From assembly GCA_964106645.2 (NCBI GenBank), contig OZ067050.1: 64,000 nt of DNA; one strand, given 5' to 3'. The DNA comes from Podarcis pityusensis. Its lineage: Eukaryota. A model generated the notes under the pieces. That model was not told the origin of the DNA. It made no database searches and was given only the letters and a program-made list of their open reading frames with translations. Position 1 is the first letter of the stretch, and each line of letters starts with the position of its first letter. Below are positions 1 to 10,760 of this stretch, piece after piece. The position numbers and the translations under genes are program-made.

Positions 1-384
1 AGGCAATTCCAGTTGAAAGCTTATCAGGTAACAAAGCTCACAGAAATCATTAGGTAGAGAAGGCAAACCAAAGCTCTGATTCATATAAGAAAGCACCAAA
101 CATTCATTGCGACTAAATAATTCAATGCAGTTTTTTAGTTGTACTTCACCAATTCTCTCAGTGTTGCACTGCTCTATCATCCATCTTGTTATCATTTGAT
201 CTTTCTTCCTCTGATCACCATTTTGGTTTTTCTCTGACGTTTACTTCCCTCCCATTTAACTCTAACAAATTTATGACATTTGTGTGTATAGACATTTGTG
301 TGTAGTGTGGGCCATCGCAGTGCGAAAGTGATTCATATGAATTGTAAAATCCTCTTGTGAAAGAGAATGTAACTCCATTTGCAG

Positions 385-676
385 AGTGGTGGCAAAGTTA
401 TACCAGCACATCCTAGCCTTGGCGTTTGCTGTGAATGAGATCAATGAGAATCCAAAGATCTTGCATAATATCACGCTTGGTTTCCACATCTATGACAGCT
501 ATTACAGCCTGATGATGACCTATCGTACCACTCTGGACCTGCTTTTCAATTTGCGTAGATTTTCCCCCAACTACAGGTGTGACTTGCCAAAAAACCTGAT
601 GGCTGTCATTGGTGGACTTGGCTCAGACATCTCCTTTCACATATCAGACATATTAGGTCTCTACAAGATTCCACAG
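385..676 (+). CDS. V2R exon 2 (Venus flytrap domain, N-terminal part)
   Basis: ttgcag|AGTG acceptor and CCACAG|gtag donor; 292 bp encoding ...LYQHILALAFAVNEINENPKILHNITLGF...LYKIPQ. Confidence 0.9.
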
Positions 677-1020
677 GTAGGATTTGTGCATGGAGATTGG
701 GGGACTTTAAAAGACCATACAGAAAGAGAGGCATGGTTCACAGAAAAACAAAATATTGTGTGATGATTATAGAACATATCCTGATGAGGCATGTCTTTAG
801 ACAGACTAGGAAAACAGGTGCCATGGAATAGAATCTGACATCTTGGAAGTCTTCCTTCTTGCCCTCCCCCATAAATTGTACCCCACAGTCTGCTTTTATG
901 CTATTGCAATAGCTGCTGTTATTTCAAGTTGCTTTATTTTACAGTGATAGTGCATTGTTTTCATGGAAATTCTTTTACATTCAAAGCAGTCCCATGCACA
1001 TCTCTATTAATGCATGGCTC

Positions 1021-1448
1021 GTGATGGGGGAGAAAATTTGTTGATTTGTATTTAACAGCAAACTTACCTAATCTGCACTTTCTGAAACCATATGCAAACT
1101 GAAACACAGTCATCTTTTGAAATTTGCACGTCTGCAAGTTTTGCAATGCAGTTCTTCAGCAAAGTAATGTGTTCAAATATGCCTATGCTAGAGCAAAGTG
1201 CACACATACAAATGCATATATTACTGAAAGTTGCTTACAAAAATGATTAATTAAAGGGAATTTGCTTTTTTAAAAATTGGCTATATTAGGCAACATTGCA
1301 TACAAAAATGTGTATATTAGAGAAGTCACTAAATTGCTGATGAATTTTCATGCGGACTATTTTTTTAAAAAAATCTGGTGTGGAAATGTGAAGAACTGAT
1401 ATTAAAAGTGGAAAAATTAGAAACTGAAACTGACAGGTTTTCCATCAC
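1021..1448. mobile_element. Degenerate non-autonomous DNA transposon (MITE-like)
   Basis: Short terminal inverted repeat GTGATGG...CCATCAC around AT-rich non-coding sequence; no clear TSD. Confidence 0.35.
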
Positions 1449-1490
1449 AAAGGCACCACTGAAATAAGAACATTTTAATTTTTTTTATAG

Positions 1491-2342
1491 CTGACATATG
1501 GCTCCTTCGCCCCAGGGAAAAGTGATACAATGCAACTATCTTCCTTTTACCGCATGATTCCAAATGAATCTCATCAGTACCTGGGGATTCTCCAATTACT
1601 TCAGCATTTTGGATGGATGTGGGTTGGGCTATTTGCTGTGGATGATGATAGTGGAGAACAGTTCTTGCAGGTGTTGGAACCAATGCTTTCTCAGAATGGC
1701 ATCTGTTCAGCCTTTGCAGAAAGAATTCCAAAGCAAGCATCTTGGCATACAGGAAACCAAATGAACACTATGGCCTTCAATATTAACCAACATTTGACAA
1801 ATAGCACAGCTAATACATTGATTGTCTATGGAGAAACTATGATCATTTCATGGTTAATTCTTATAACAGATCTTGTATATGAAGAAAATATGATGTCTTG
1901 GAGAAAGCTGTGGATCATGACAGCCCAGATCGATGTTGCATTAATAAGCATTCAAGCCCAAGCAAATTTGCAAGCGTTCCAAGGTGCTATTTTGTTCACA
2001 GCACACTCACACGAGCTTCCAAGCTTTAAGGAATTTCTTCAGAATATAAAACTTTGCAGGACACAAGAAAACAGCTTTTTCAAGGACTTCTGTGAGCAAA
2101 TATTTGGCTGCTCATTTCCAAATTCCCAGGATCCGATGGAGGATGGTAGTGAATGTACTGGGGAGGAGAGGCTAGAAAGTCTTCCTGGATCTCAGTTTGA
2201 AATAGCTGTGACTGGCCACAGCTACAGCATCTATAATGCTGTTTATGCTGTGGTGCATTCTTTCCATGCAATGCATTCATCTAGATCCATTCACAGAATA
2301 AAAGGAAAGAAGAGAAGTCTTCAAGATTTTGGGGCTTGGGAG
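1491..2342 (+). CDS. V2R exon 3 (Venus flytrap domain)
   Basis: ttttatag|CTGACATAT acceptor and TGGGAG|gtagc donor; 852 bp open frame LTYGSFAP...FYRMIPNE...HFGWMWVGL...GAWE. Confidence 0.9.
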
Positions 2343-2434
2343 GTAGCATTTCTACAATTAATTTACTGCTGGTTGCATTCAGTGATAATCCTATGCAGAG
2401 TAGACCCATTCAAATTAATAGACACGACTAGTTT

Positions 2435-2814
2435 AAAGGTAAAGGTAAAGGGACCCCTGACAGTTAAGTCCAGTAACAGACGACTCTGGGGTTGCGGCGC
2501 TCATCTCGCTTTACTGGCCGAGGGAGCCAGCGTTTGTCCGCAGTTTTTCCAGGTCATGTGGCCAGCATGACTAAGCCACTTCTGGCGCAACAGAACACAG
2601 AAACCAGAGCAGCGCACAGAAACACTGTTTACCTTCCCTCTGGAGCAGTTCCTATTTATCTACTTGCACTTTTGGGCATGCTTTTGAACTGCTAGGTTGG
2701 CAGGAGCTGGGACTGAGCAACGGGAGCTCACCCCATCACAGGGATTCGAACCGCCGACCTGACCGGCAAGCCCAAGAAACTCAGTGGTTTAGACCACAGC
2801 ACCACCCGCATCCC
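2435..2814 (-). mobile_element. Sauria SINE, full length
   Basis: (ACCTTT)n tail and tRNA-like 5' head on the minus strand; flanking GACTAGTTTA duplication (2426-2435 / 2824-2833). Confidence 0.9.
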
Positions 2815-3970
2815 TATGTTTATGACTAGTTTAGGTACATTCATTTCAATATGTCTACTCTGTGTAAAGCTTAGTTGGAGACAACCATTTGTTATCATGA
2901 AAAGCTCAATACAAAGTCAGATAATATCAAACATCCAATATCCTGTTGATCTGTGAATTACTGGTGAAATGGTGGTGTGCACATTTTTTTTGATAAACTG
3001 TTATGGTTTCCAATTTTGTCTTCCTGTAATTCCATTATAAAGTATATACTCCAATATTATGCTTAAACATAGGAAAGTGCCAGTAGTGGTCAGTGGAGAT
3101 GAAGAGGTGTTGCTCACCTGGCTTCCATACAGCAAGTTCCACTGCTAAGATGGGGAGGCTCAAGGCATGGTGAGATTAATGTTATGTGTGCACAGTGCCA
3201 ATCCAATACTCCTGCCACCATGCTTGCATCATGTTGAGCTCCTCTCACCTTGCTCTTCCTCTTTTCCACCTGGGTAAGCAGCAGCAGCACTTGCAAACCA
3301 TGCCACCCAACCTCCACCACCCCGATGACCTTTACTTGAAACTTAGCACCACTTGGGGAGAAAGAGTATATAAGTTCAAGTAATAAGTGTACATTTCCCA
3401 TCTTCCGCTATTGCAGAACAGCTGTTGCTGTTGTTTAGGCTGCACTTACATAAAACTTCAAACAACTGTAATCAATGAAAACATTGTAAAACCCAGCATG
3501 GAGGTTCCAAAAATATTCCAAATGGCCTTTTCCATTGTTGCTCCATAGCTGAAGATTGCTCATTCAGGAAGCTTCACCTGCCACCCACTTTATTTTTCTT
3601 CTTGTACTAAAATACATTTTAATTTGCTCATATATTTTAGAGTCACCTTATAGGACAAGGATGGGAAACCTGCACCCCTCTGAGTGCTGTTGGACTCTAA
3701 CACCCAACTAGAGTCATTGCAGTCAAAGTTGAATGTTGTCCACCACTATTTTAGACTAGTTGGGATAATATGTGTCTTTTTATTTTGGTCTTGTGTTGCT
3801 GCTGCTTTTAATAAGGTTTAGGGTAATAGTTGGGAATAGGATTCGAGTTTTTTGTTGTTTGGAATATTCTTGCTTTCATCCTCTTAAAGGCTCTGTATAA
3901 AGTTTCTTTAATGCAAACACACCAAACATATAGGTTACCCCTTTGTTTCATTTTTACCCATTTCAACTAG

Positions 3971-4422
3971 CTCCACCCATTTCTTCAAAGTGTTGTGTTT
4001 AATAATACTGCAGAAGAAATTGTGTCCTTTAATGATAAAAGGGAAATGGAAGCTGACCTTGACATAGTGAACCTAGTGATTTCCCCAAATAACTCATTCC
4101 TTAGAAAATATTCTTTCTAGTAGCACCTTAAAGACCAACTAAGTTAGTTCTTGGTATGAGCTTTCGTGTGCATGCACACTTCTTCAGATACACGAAGAAG
4201 TGTGCATGCACACGAAAGCTCATACCAAGAACTAACTTAGTTGGTCTTTAAGGTGCTACTAGAAAGAATATTTTTTATTTTGACTATGGCAGACCAACAC
4301 GGCTACCTATCTGTAACTCATTCCTTAGAGTGAAAATTGGAAAGTTTGAACACAAAGCTCCAATGGAAGATAAACTTGTCATTAATGAAGATATAATTGT
4401 GTGGCATGGAAGCTTTAACCAG
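3971..4422 (+). CDS. V2R exon 4, interrupted by a 224-bp insertion (native parts 3971-4105 and 4330-4422)
   Basis: caactag|CTCCAC acceptor and AACCAG|gtatga donor. Removing 4106-4329 restores a 228-bp frame LHPFLQSVVFNN...PNNSFLR-VKIGKFE...IVWHGSFNQ. Confidence 0.88.
4106..4313. mobile_element. Penelope-like element pseudo-LTR insertion in inverted (hairpin) configuration
   Basis: Perfect 81-bp inverted repeat (4105-4185 / 4194-4274); 16-bp TSD TAACTCATTCCTTAGA (4090-4105 / 4314-4329); hammerhead motif; same 3' end as the copies at 20 and 44 kb. Confidence 0.85.
4154..4191 (-). ncRNA. Minimal type I hammerhead ribozyme motif (Penelope-associated)
   Basis: Minus strand reads GUAU-CUGAAGA-A-GUGUGCAUGCACAC-GAAA-GCUC-AUAC: stem I, catalytic core, palindromic stem II, palindromic AGCU in place of stem III. 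Confidence 0.75.
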
Positions 4423-4577
4423 GTATGAGTTTTGGGGTGCTTTGGGGAGCTACTTTCCATTCTCCATATGGGTGTGCCAATGTTTGAGACTATCCTTTGT
4501 TGAATAACAAGATCCATGTAATGGATGATAATTTGTCTTGATAAATCCAGTGCTTTGTACTGCATCCAGAAACAAAA

Positions 4578-4970
4578 AAAGGTAAAGGTAAAGGGCCCCT
4601 GACAGTTAAGTCCAGTCGCGAACAACTCTGAGGTTGTAGCGCTCATCTCGCTTTACAGGCCAAGGCAACTGGCGTTTGTCCACTCCATAGACAGTTTTTT
4701 CCCAGGTCATGTGGCCAGCATGACTAAGCCACTTCTGGTGCAATGGAACACTGAAACCAGAGCAGTGCATGAAAACGCCGTTTACCTTTCCACAGGAGCC
4801 ATATCTATTTATCTACTTGCACTTTTTGGCATGTTTTTGAACTCCTAGGTTGGCAGGAGCTGGGACTGTGCAACAGGAGCTCACCTTGTTGCGAAGATTC
4901 GAATCTCTGACCTTTTGATCAGCAAGCCCAAGAGGCTCAATGATTTAGACCACAGCGCCGCCCGCATCCC
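4578..4970 (-). mobile_element. Sauria SINE, full length
   Basis: (ACCTTT)n tail; colinear with the 2435 and 9551 copies. Confidence 0.9.
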
Positions 4971-6013
4971 TTCTTAGAAACTAAGGAGAGGTGTAAAAAA
5001 AAAAGAAAGCTTAATATATCAATCTCTGCATGGAAATAGTTGTTTCCTCCAGTCAGAGAATGGGGCATCTGGAAGGTCTGCTGTGACAAGCCAAATACAG
5101 AGATGAGGGAGATGAGGAAAATGCACATACATTGGCATCTGAGAGCATGGTCATGGGTCTACAGGTCTATACCACATCTCTGCAGGCCTCTATTGCCATT
5201 TCCTACACCTGCTCAGTCTACTCCTTTATCCAGTGCAGGATTTCCAGTTACTTTAGGACCACAAGTTGGCCAAGTTGTGCATCCCCCCCCCCAATATACT
5301 GGATGCTAGGATAGGGGTTTAGCGGTAGATGCAGAGAAATGTGTTGATTTGTTTGGAAGGTGCTGGAGAAGTTAATGAGAGAGAAGGGAATAGATGAACA
5401 CCATTTGGCACCTTTGAAGGTGAAGAATGTTTCCAGAAGACAGCTACTCTGGGTTGTGGGCCCATATGCTGGATATGTAACATTCTTAAGATGCAAGTGC
5501 CCAGAGTCATGGGGCACCAGGAACAAGAAGGCCTCTCTACTCACCAGAAGGGAGAGACAAGACTCCAGTTCTATACCATACCCTTTGCCATTGAAAAGAT
5601 ATTTGACCAAAGGTTGAGGTTTTAGGTTATGCACTTCTCATATTAGTAATAAAATGTAGCCCCATTTTAACCCGTTTCATTTGTCTCAACTCTTTATCCC
5701 TGAGCCTAGTCACAATAATTGCCTTGTCTTTGGCAAGACTGTGGATACATATAATAAAACATATTTAAGGGCCAAATCTTGTCTTTCTAGCATCTATAGT
5801 CATGCCTGTTTCTATACAATAATGCACTAAGACAAGTAATTTATCTTCTCTGGAAACATAACTATTGGGCTCAGTAGTATACTATGTAATAATGTTCAAT
5901 ATAATTTGATTTTTCTGAGTCAACAGCTTATTCATTTTGTTGTTAAAAAAAAAAAAAGGTGATTATTTTCCTCTCATTGATTCCATCATATTCCTTGCTT
6001 TGTTTGCTGATAG

Positions 6014-6140
6014 GTGCTGCCTATTTCTTTGTGTTGTGACTCCTGCCACCCTGGTTATCAGAAGAAGAAAAGAGAAGGGGTGAAGTTTTGTTGCTATGAT
6101 TGTGTTCCATGCCCAGATGGAGAGATTTCAAACCAAAAGG
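6014..6140 (+). CDS. V2R exon 5 (cysteine-rich / nine-cysteine domain)
   Basis: gatag|GTGCTG acceptor and AAAAGG|gttagt donor; VLPISLCCDSCHPGYQKKKREGVKFCCYDCVPCPDGEISNQK. Confidence 0.9.
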
Positions 6141-7087
6141 GTTAGTGGTACCAACATTTGCTGCACATACCACCAATTTATCTAACAGACCACTGAATGG
6201 TTGTAAGTACTTGGTGAGAGTGTTAAGTTTGTGCCATCTTTCCAAGGTGTTACAATAAGTTTTCTCCACCTCGAAACTGGTTCAGCAATCTGAGTACTTA
6301 ACTTGCTTCAAATGCAGTCTTTGTCGATGAAAGCATTTCACACATTTATCTGTAGGTCATCAAATGATAAGAGAATTCATGTGGTACATTGATGTGTGAA
6401 TCAGACTTTATCTGACAATGTTATTGGGAAATCTAGAATTCCATGATTAACTGTAACTAACCAACCCAGACAATTAGTCAAGAATCATGTATTGCCGTCA
6501 CAGACTATATTGTCAATGTGTGTAGAAAGAGAAATCACTCCAGCATAATGAAAACAAGCCAAATTGTCATGAGTGTCTCCAGCTTAGAATCCATAAATGG
6601 CAAACATTGCACCTGCTTCTATCTGCATTCTACAAATACCTTAGAAACCCTGCTTAGAATGTCCTGCAACAATGAATACATGCAGAATTATGTGTGTGTT
6701 GTCACCCTATGTATTTATTTATTTATTGCAGAATATTTTTAGCCTGCCCTAAATCCATCTCAGAATGGATTGCAGCAATTAAAATAACAGTAATAACTCA
6801 AATTAATTAAATAAGAGTGTGCAAAGAAAATTAAAAACTATAGCAAAAAACCTAGCAGCAGACTAATTTATTTATTTATTTTAGAGTTGCTATTCCTGCT
6901 CAAGGCAGCATTCAATAAATGAAACAGACAAAAATGCACTTGAGGATTTGCTAAAACACAAAGTAAAGGGTTAAATGTGCATTAATCAGTATAAAGAACT
7001 AGCATAAAAATAATATTATTCAATCACTTCTAAGAATGATAATAATAATCACTACATACTGTTATTCATAAGCTTTCTGGAATATAG

Positions 7088-7395
7088 GTTGGTAGAGCAT
7101 AAGACTCTTAGGTAGAATATATACACATATAAAAAACGTGAAAATATTTTTTTTAAAAAAAAGTTTTGAAAAATTAATTAAATTTAGTATAGCTCACTGT
7201 CGCCATTTAGTGTCCCATGTGTATATTGCACTTTACAACACATTTAAAACATTTTATCTGCAACTGTATAGATGAGTCCCCAGTCTTCAAATTGTGGGTT
7301 TGAGCCCCACATTGGGCAAAATATTTTTGCATTACAGGGGGTTGGACTATATGACCCTTGGGTCCCTTTCAACTCTAAAATTCTATGATTCTATG
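7088..7395 (+). mobile_element. tRNA-Lys-derived SINE with a CR1-type 3' tail, split by a ~170-bp insert (7111-7281)
   Basis: GGTAGAGCATAAGACTCTTA and GTGGGTTTGAGCCCCACATTGGGC match the two halves of tRNA-Lys(CTT); ends in GGGTTGGACT...(ATTCTATG)2. Confidence 0.65.
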
Positions 7396-7550
7396 TTTAA
7401 TATTAAAATGTCTTCTCACATAACCAATTCTGTACATGGAATGAAAAGCTAGAACTCTCTGTGAGCAGCATAGCCACCTCAGAAGTAATTATGATATTTT
7501 CCCCAAAGGTCTTACATGAGTTGGCACTAAAATATTTTTCTACCCCCCAG

Positions 7551-8470
7551 ACATGGACAATTGTTTCAGATGCCCAGAAAATCAGCACCCAAGCAAAGGC
7601 CAAGATCGATGCATTCCCAGAGCTGTGAGCTTTCTGTCATATGAAGAACCATTAGGGATTAGTTTAGCTTCACTCTCAGCTATGCTTTCCCTGATCACAG
7701 TTTTGGTGCTAGGAACTTTTATTAAGCACAAAGAGACCCCCATAGTCAAAGCCAACAACCGGGATGTCACCTATACTCTTCTGATCTCTCTCCTGCTTTG
7801 CTTTCTCTGTTCTTTCTTATTTCTCGGAAAACCGAAGAAGGTGACCTGTCTTCTACAACAATCAGCTTTTGGCATCATCTTCACAGTGGCTGTTTCTTCT
7901 GTGTTGGCCAAAACCATCATTGTGGTTTTGGCCTTCAAGGCCACCAAGCCAGGATCCAGCATGAGGAAATGGGTGGGAAAAACAATGACAGGTTCAATTG
8001 TTCTTTCCTGCTCCCTTGTTCAAGGAGTCGTTTGTGCAGTGTGGCTAGGAATCTCTCCCCCCTTTCCAGATGTTGACATGCAGTCACTAGCAGGGAAGAT
8101 CATCATAAAATGTAATGAAGGATATGTCAACATGTTTTACATTGTCATGGGCTATATGGGACTTCTGTCTGTTATAAGCTTCACTGTGGCTTTCCTAGCC
8201 AGGAAGTTGCCAGATAGTTTTAATGAAGCCAAGTTCATCACTTTTAGTATGCTAGTGTTCTGCAGTGTTTGGGTGTCATTTGTACCAACGTACCTGAGCA
8301 CCAAAGGCAAATACATGGTGGCTGTGGAGATCTTCTCTATTTTAGCTTCCAGTGCTGGGTTACTAGGCTGTATCTTCTCTCCCAAATGCTATATTATTTT
8401 GCTGAAGCCTGAGCTGAATCACAGGGAGCAGCTAAGAAATCGAAATAATGGAAGCAACCAAGAACCTTAG
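7551..8470 (+). CDS. V2R exon 6 (7TM domain), intact to the stop codon
   Basis: ccccag|ACATG acceptor, phase matches exon 5; ORF 7553-8470 carries class C 7TM motifs. Confidence 0.93.
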
Positions 8471-9190
8471 AAAAAAATGTATCTACTATGGTATGTATTG
8501 AGTTGGGACAGTGGTCCTACACTAGGATTTGAAATGGGGGCAGTGGTTTTACTGCAGTGCTACCATATATTTCAATCCAGTCCATTTTATTTTTATGAAT
8601 GTGTTCCACACAGCTAACACAAATAATACATGATAAAACAAGTCATTATTTTATCAGTAACTGTTCTTAATTAATATATATTCTTGGTTCCTGTTTTATT
8701 TGTAACATAGGCAACCATCCAGCTCTGTAGTCCTATTGTTTCTTAATCAGCTGTTTATATAATGAAAATTTTCATTGAATCTTGCTTTTTGTATGATATG
8801 TATTGACACTGACTCATAAATGATTGCAGTGAGGATGCATTTTGTTGTTTTCCTGGAGTGGTGCTTCTTGGAATGCATTATGTCACAATACGATATGCAT
8901 CTACTCTGAAGTCAGTCCCATTCAGTTCAATGGTTAATAGTCCCAGGTAACTGTCCATAAGAGTACAGTCTTAATGTAAGAAATAAGCATGTCACAAGTG
9001 TGTTTACATTGTTTACCAAGATTTTATAAAGATACATTACCTTTATAAATTATTTAATTAGTTGAAGTGTGACTTCCTACAAGGTTGCAGAAATTTCTGT
9101 AATTTTATGTTGTCTCCTAAAATGGCTGGAATTGTCAATGAAAGTTAACATTCACCAAATTGCAGATGTCCATCACACCATTGCATTTGT

Positions 9191-9240
9191 CAACACATTT
9201 CACCAACACATTTCACCAACACATTTCACCAACACATTTC
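9191..9240. repeat. 13-bp tandem repeat (CACCAACACATTT) x ~3.8
   Basis: Read directly from the sequence; abuts the CR1 tail fragment. Confidence 0.85.
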
Positions 9241-9308
9241 CTGCTTGGCAGGGGGTTGGACTCGATGGCCCTTGTGGTCTATTCCAACTCTATGATTCTA
9301 TGATTCTA
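9238..9308 (+). mobile_element. CR1 LINE (or CR1-tailed SINE) 3'-end fragment
   Basis: GGGGGTTGGACTCGATG...TTCCAACTCTATGATTCTATGATTCT, the CR1 octamer tail. Confidence 0.75.
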
Positions 9309-9550
9309 ACAGCAAAGCTTTCCCCTTAAACTGTGGTTGGTCATAGAATTTTTATACAGATATGCTCTAATGTCTCTACAGAGATAATGTGTGCACTCTA
9401 GCTGGTGAATTGAACACATTATTATTATATTACTGTTTATAACACCCTTTATCAAAAGATCTCAGGACCAGGGATAGCACTGGTCCATAACACTCCATAA
9501 CACATGTTATGGAGCATCAATAATAAAAACATATTAAAAAGCATAATGAA

Positions 9551-9919
9551 GGGACGCGGGTGGCGCTGTGGTGTAAACCACTGAGCCTAGGGCTTGCCAA
9601 ACCGAAGGTTGGCGGTTCGAATCCCCACGACGGAGTGAGCTCTCTTTGTTTGGTCCCAGCTCCTGCCAACCTAGCAGTTTGAAAGCACACCAAAGTGCAA
9701 ATAGATAAATAGGTACAACTCCGGCGGGAAGGTAAATGGCGTTTCCATGCATTGCTCTGGTTTTTCCAGAAGCAGCTTAGTCATGCTGGCCACATGACCC
9801 AGAAAAACTGTCTACACACAAACGTTGGCTCCCTCAGCCAGTAAAGCAAGATGAGCACTGCAACCCCAGAGTCGTTCGCGAGTGGACTTTACTGTCAGGG
9901 GTCCTTTACCTTTACCTTT
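9551..9919 (+). mobile_element. Sauria SINE, full length
   Basis: GGGACGCGGGTGGCGCTGTGG head with GGTTCGAATCC B-box; (ACCTTT)n tail; 14-bp TSD TTAAAAAGCATAAT (9534-9547 / 9920-9933). Confidence 0.93.
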
Positions 9920-10642
9920 TTAAAAAGCATAATAACAGGCAGCAGAATACTAAAATAATCATTTCAACACATGACTGAATAGAGTTAATGATTTCAAATT
10001 TCTATCTAAGCACTGAACCAAGCAGCTGTTAATTGCAGGTGTGGAAGGGAATGGTTTTCATTAGGACTGCAACACACAGGAAAGAGAGGGTTAATGTCTT
10101 TCATCAAAGGTCAAGGTCCTGATAAAAATCACTCCCTCCAATTTGCCATGAGACCTGGAAGGAATGTTTCCACTGGCATATATGAGAATGTTCCTTTATA
10201 AGCCAAAAGCAACTTGGGGAAGGGAAACAATGGGGATGGGTAGGAATGTGTAGGTGGGGAAGGAGTTAAAACTCCCCTCCCCAAATGTAGCAGACCTCAA
10301 ATCTGCCATGCTACTAATTAAACACACACACAAACACACACACACTGATTCCTAATACATATTTAACATCACAACTAGTTTGGCCCTAAGTGTCATGTTC
10401 TGTTCTTCAAAATAAGTGCCAGTGGTGATGCTCCAACTTTTGCCCTATGGTTACTTTTTTTTAGTGGGAGAAACAGAGTTTGAGAACTGCATGGAAAAAA
10501 TAAAATAAATGCACATTTTGAACAACAGCTTTATTTAATTCCAGACTTTGGTTTGAAAAGTGTGACCTGGGTAGTTTCTCAGTAAAAAAATGTTTTTTAA
10601 ATCTCCATCTGTAATTGTGATGAAGTGAAGAGTGTTGACATG

Positions 10643-10644
<2 letters not shown>

Positions 10645-10682
<38 letters not shown>
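10645..10682. repeat. (TTA)n microsatellite
   Basis: Read directly from the sequence. Confidence 0.9.
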
Positions 10683-10760
10683 TAGAGAAATTTGATTGGA
10701 TAAATTATGTTAGTTTCACTTTGGTCCTATTGATACCAATGTGAAAAATCAGGGTGCCAC

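Larger units (their letters stand above)
385..8470 (+). pseudogene. Vomeronasal type-2 receptor (V2R, class C GPCR), exons 2-6; recently disrupted by an insertion in exon 4; exon 1 lies upstream of the window
   Basis: Canonical V2R exon layout with AG/GT boundaries: 385-676, 1491-2342, 3971-4422, 6014-6140, 7551-8470. Motifs: [59 protein letters not shown]. In-frame TAG at 4118-4120 lies inside the inserted element. Confidence 0.9.

Noticed and set aside
2343-2570. C-terminal part of the 346-aa ORF (1530-2570)
   Set aside because: Read-through past the exon 3 donor into intron and Sauria SINE sequence
4120-4330. Rescue of the V2R by splicing out the insert using GT at 4120 and AG at 4327-4328 or 4329-4330
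   Set aside because: The first join creates TAA and the second shifts the frame; other donors lie after the stop codon
7088-7318. Intron-containing tRNA-Lys gene
   Set aside because: The acceptor stem 5' strand is missing, the insert is too long, and a CR1 tail follows; it is a SINE relic
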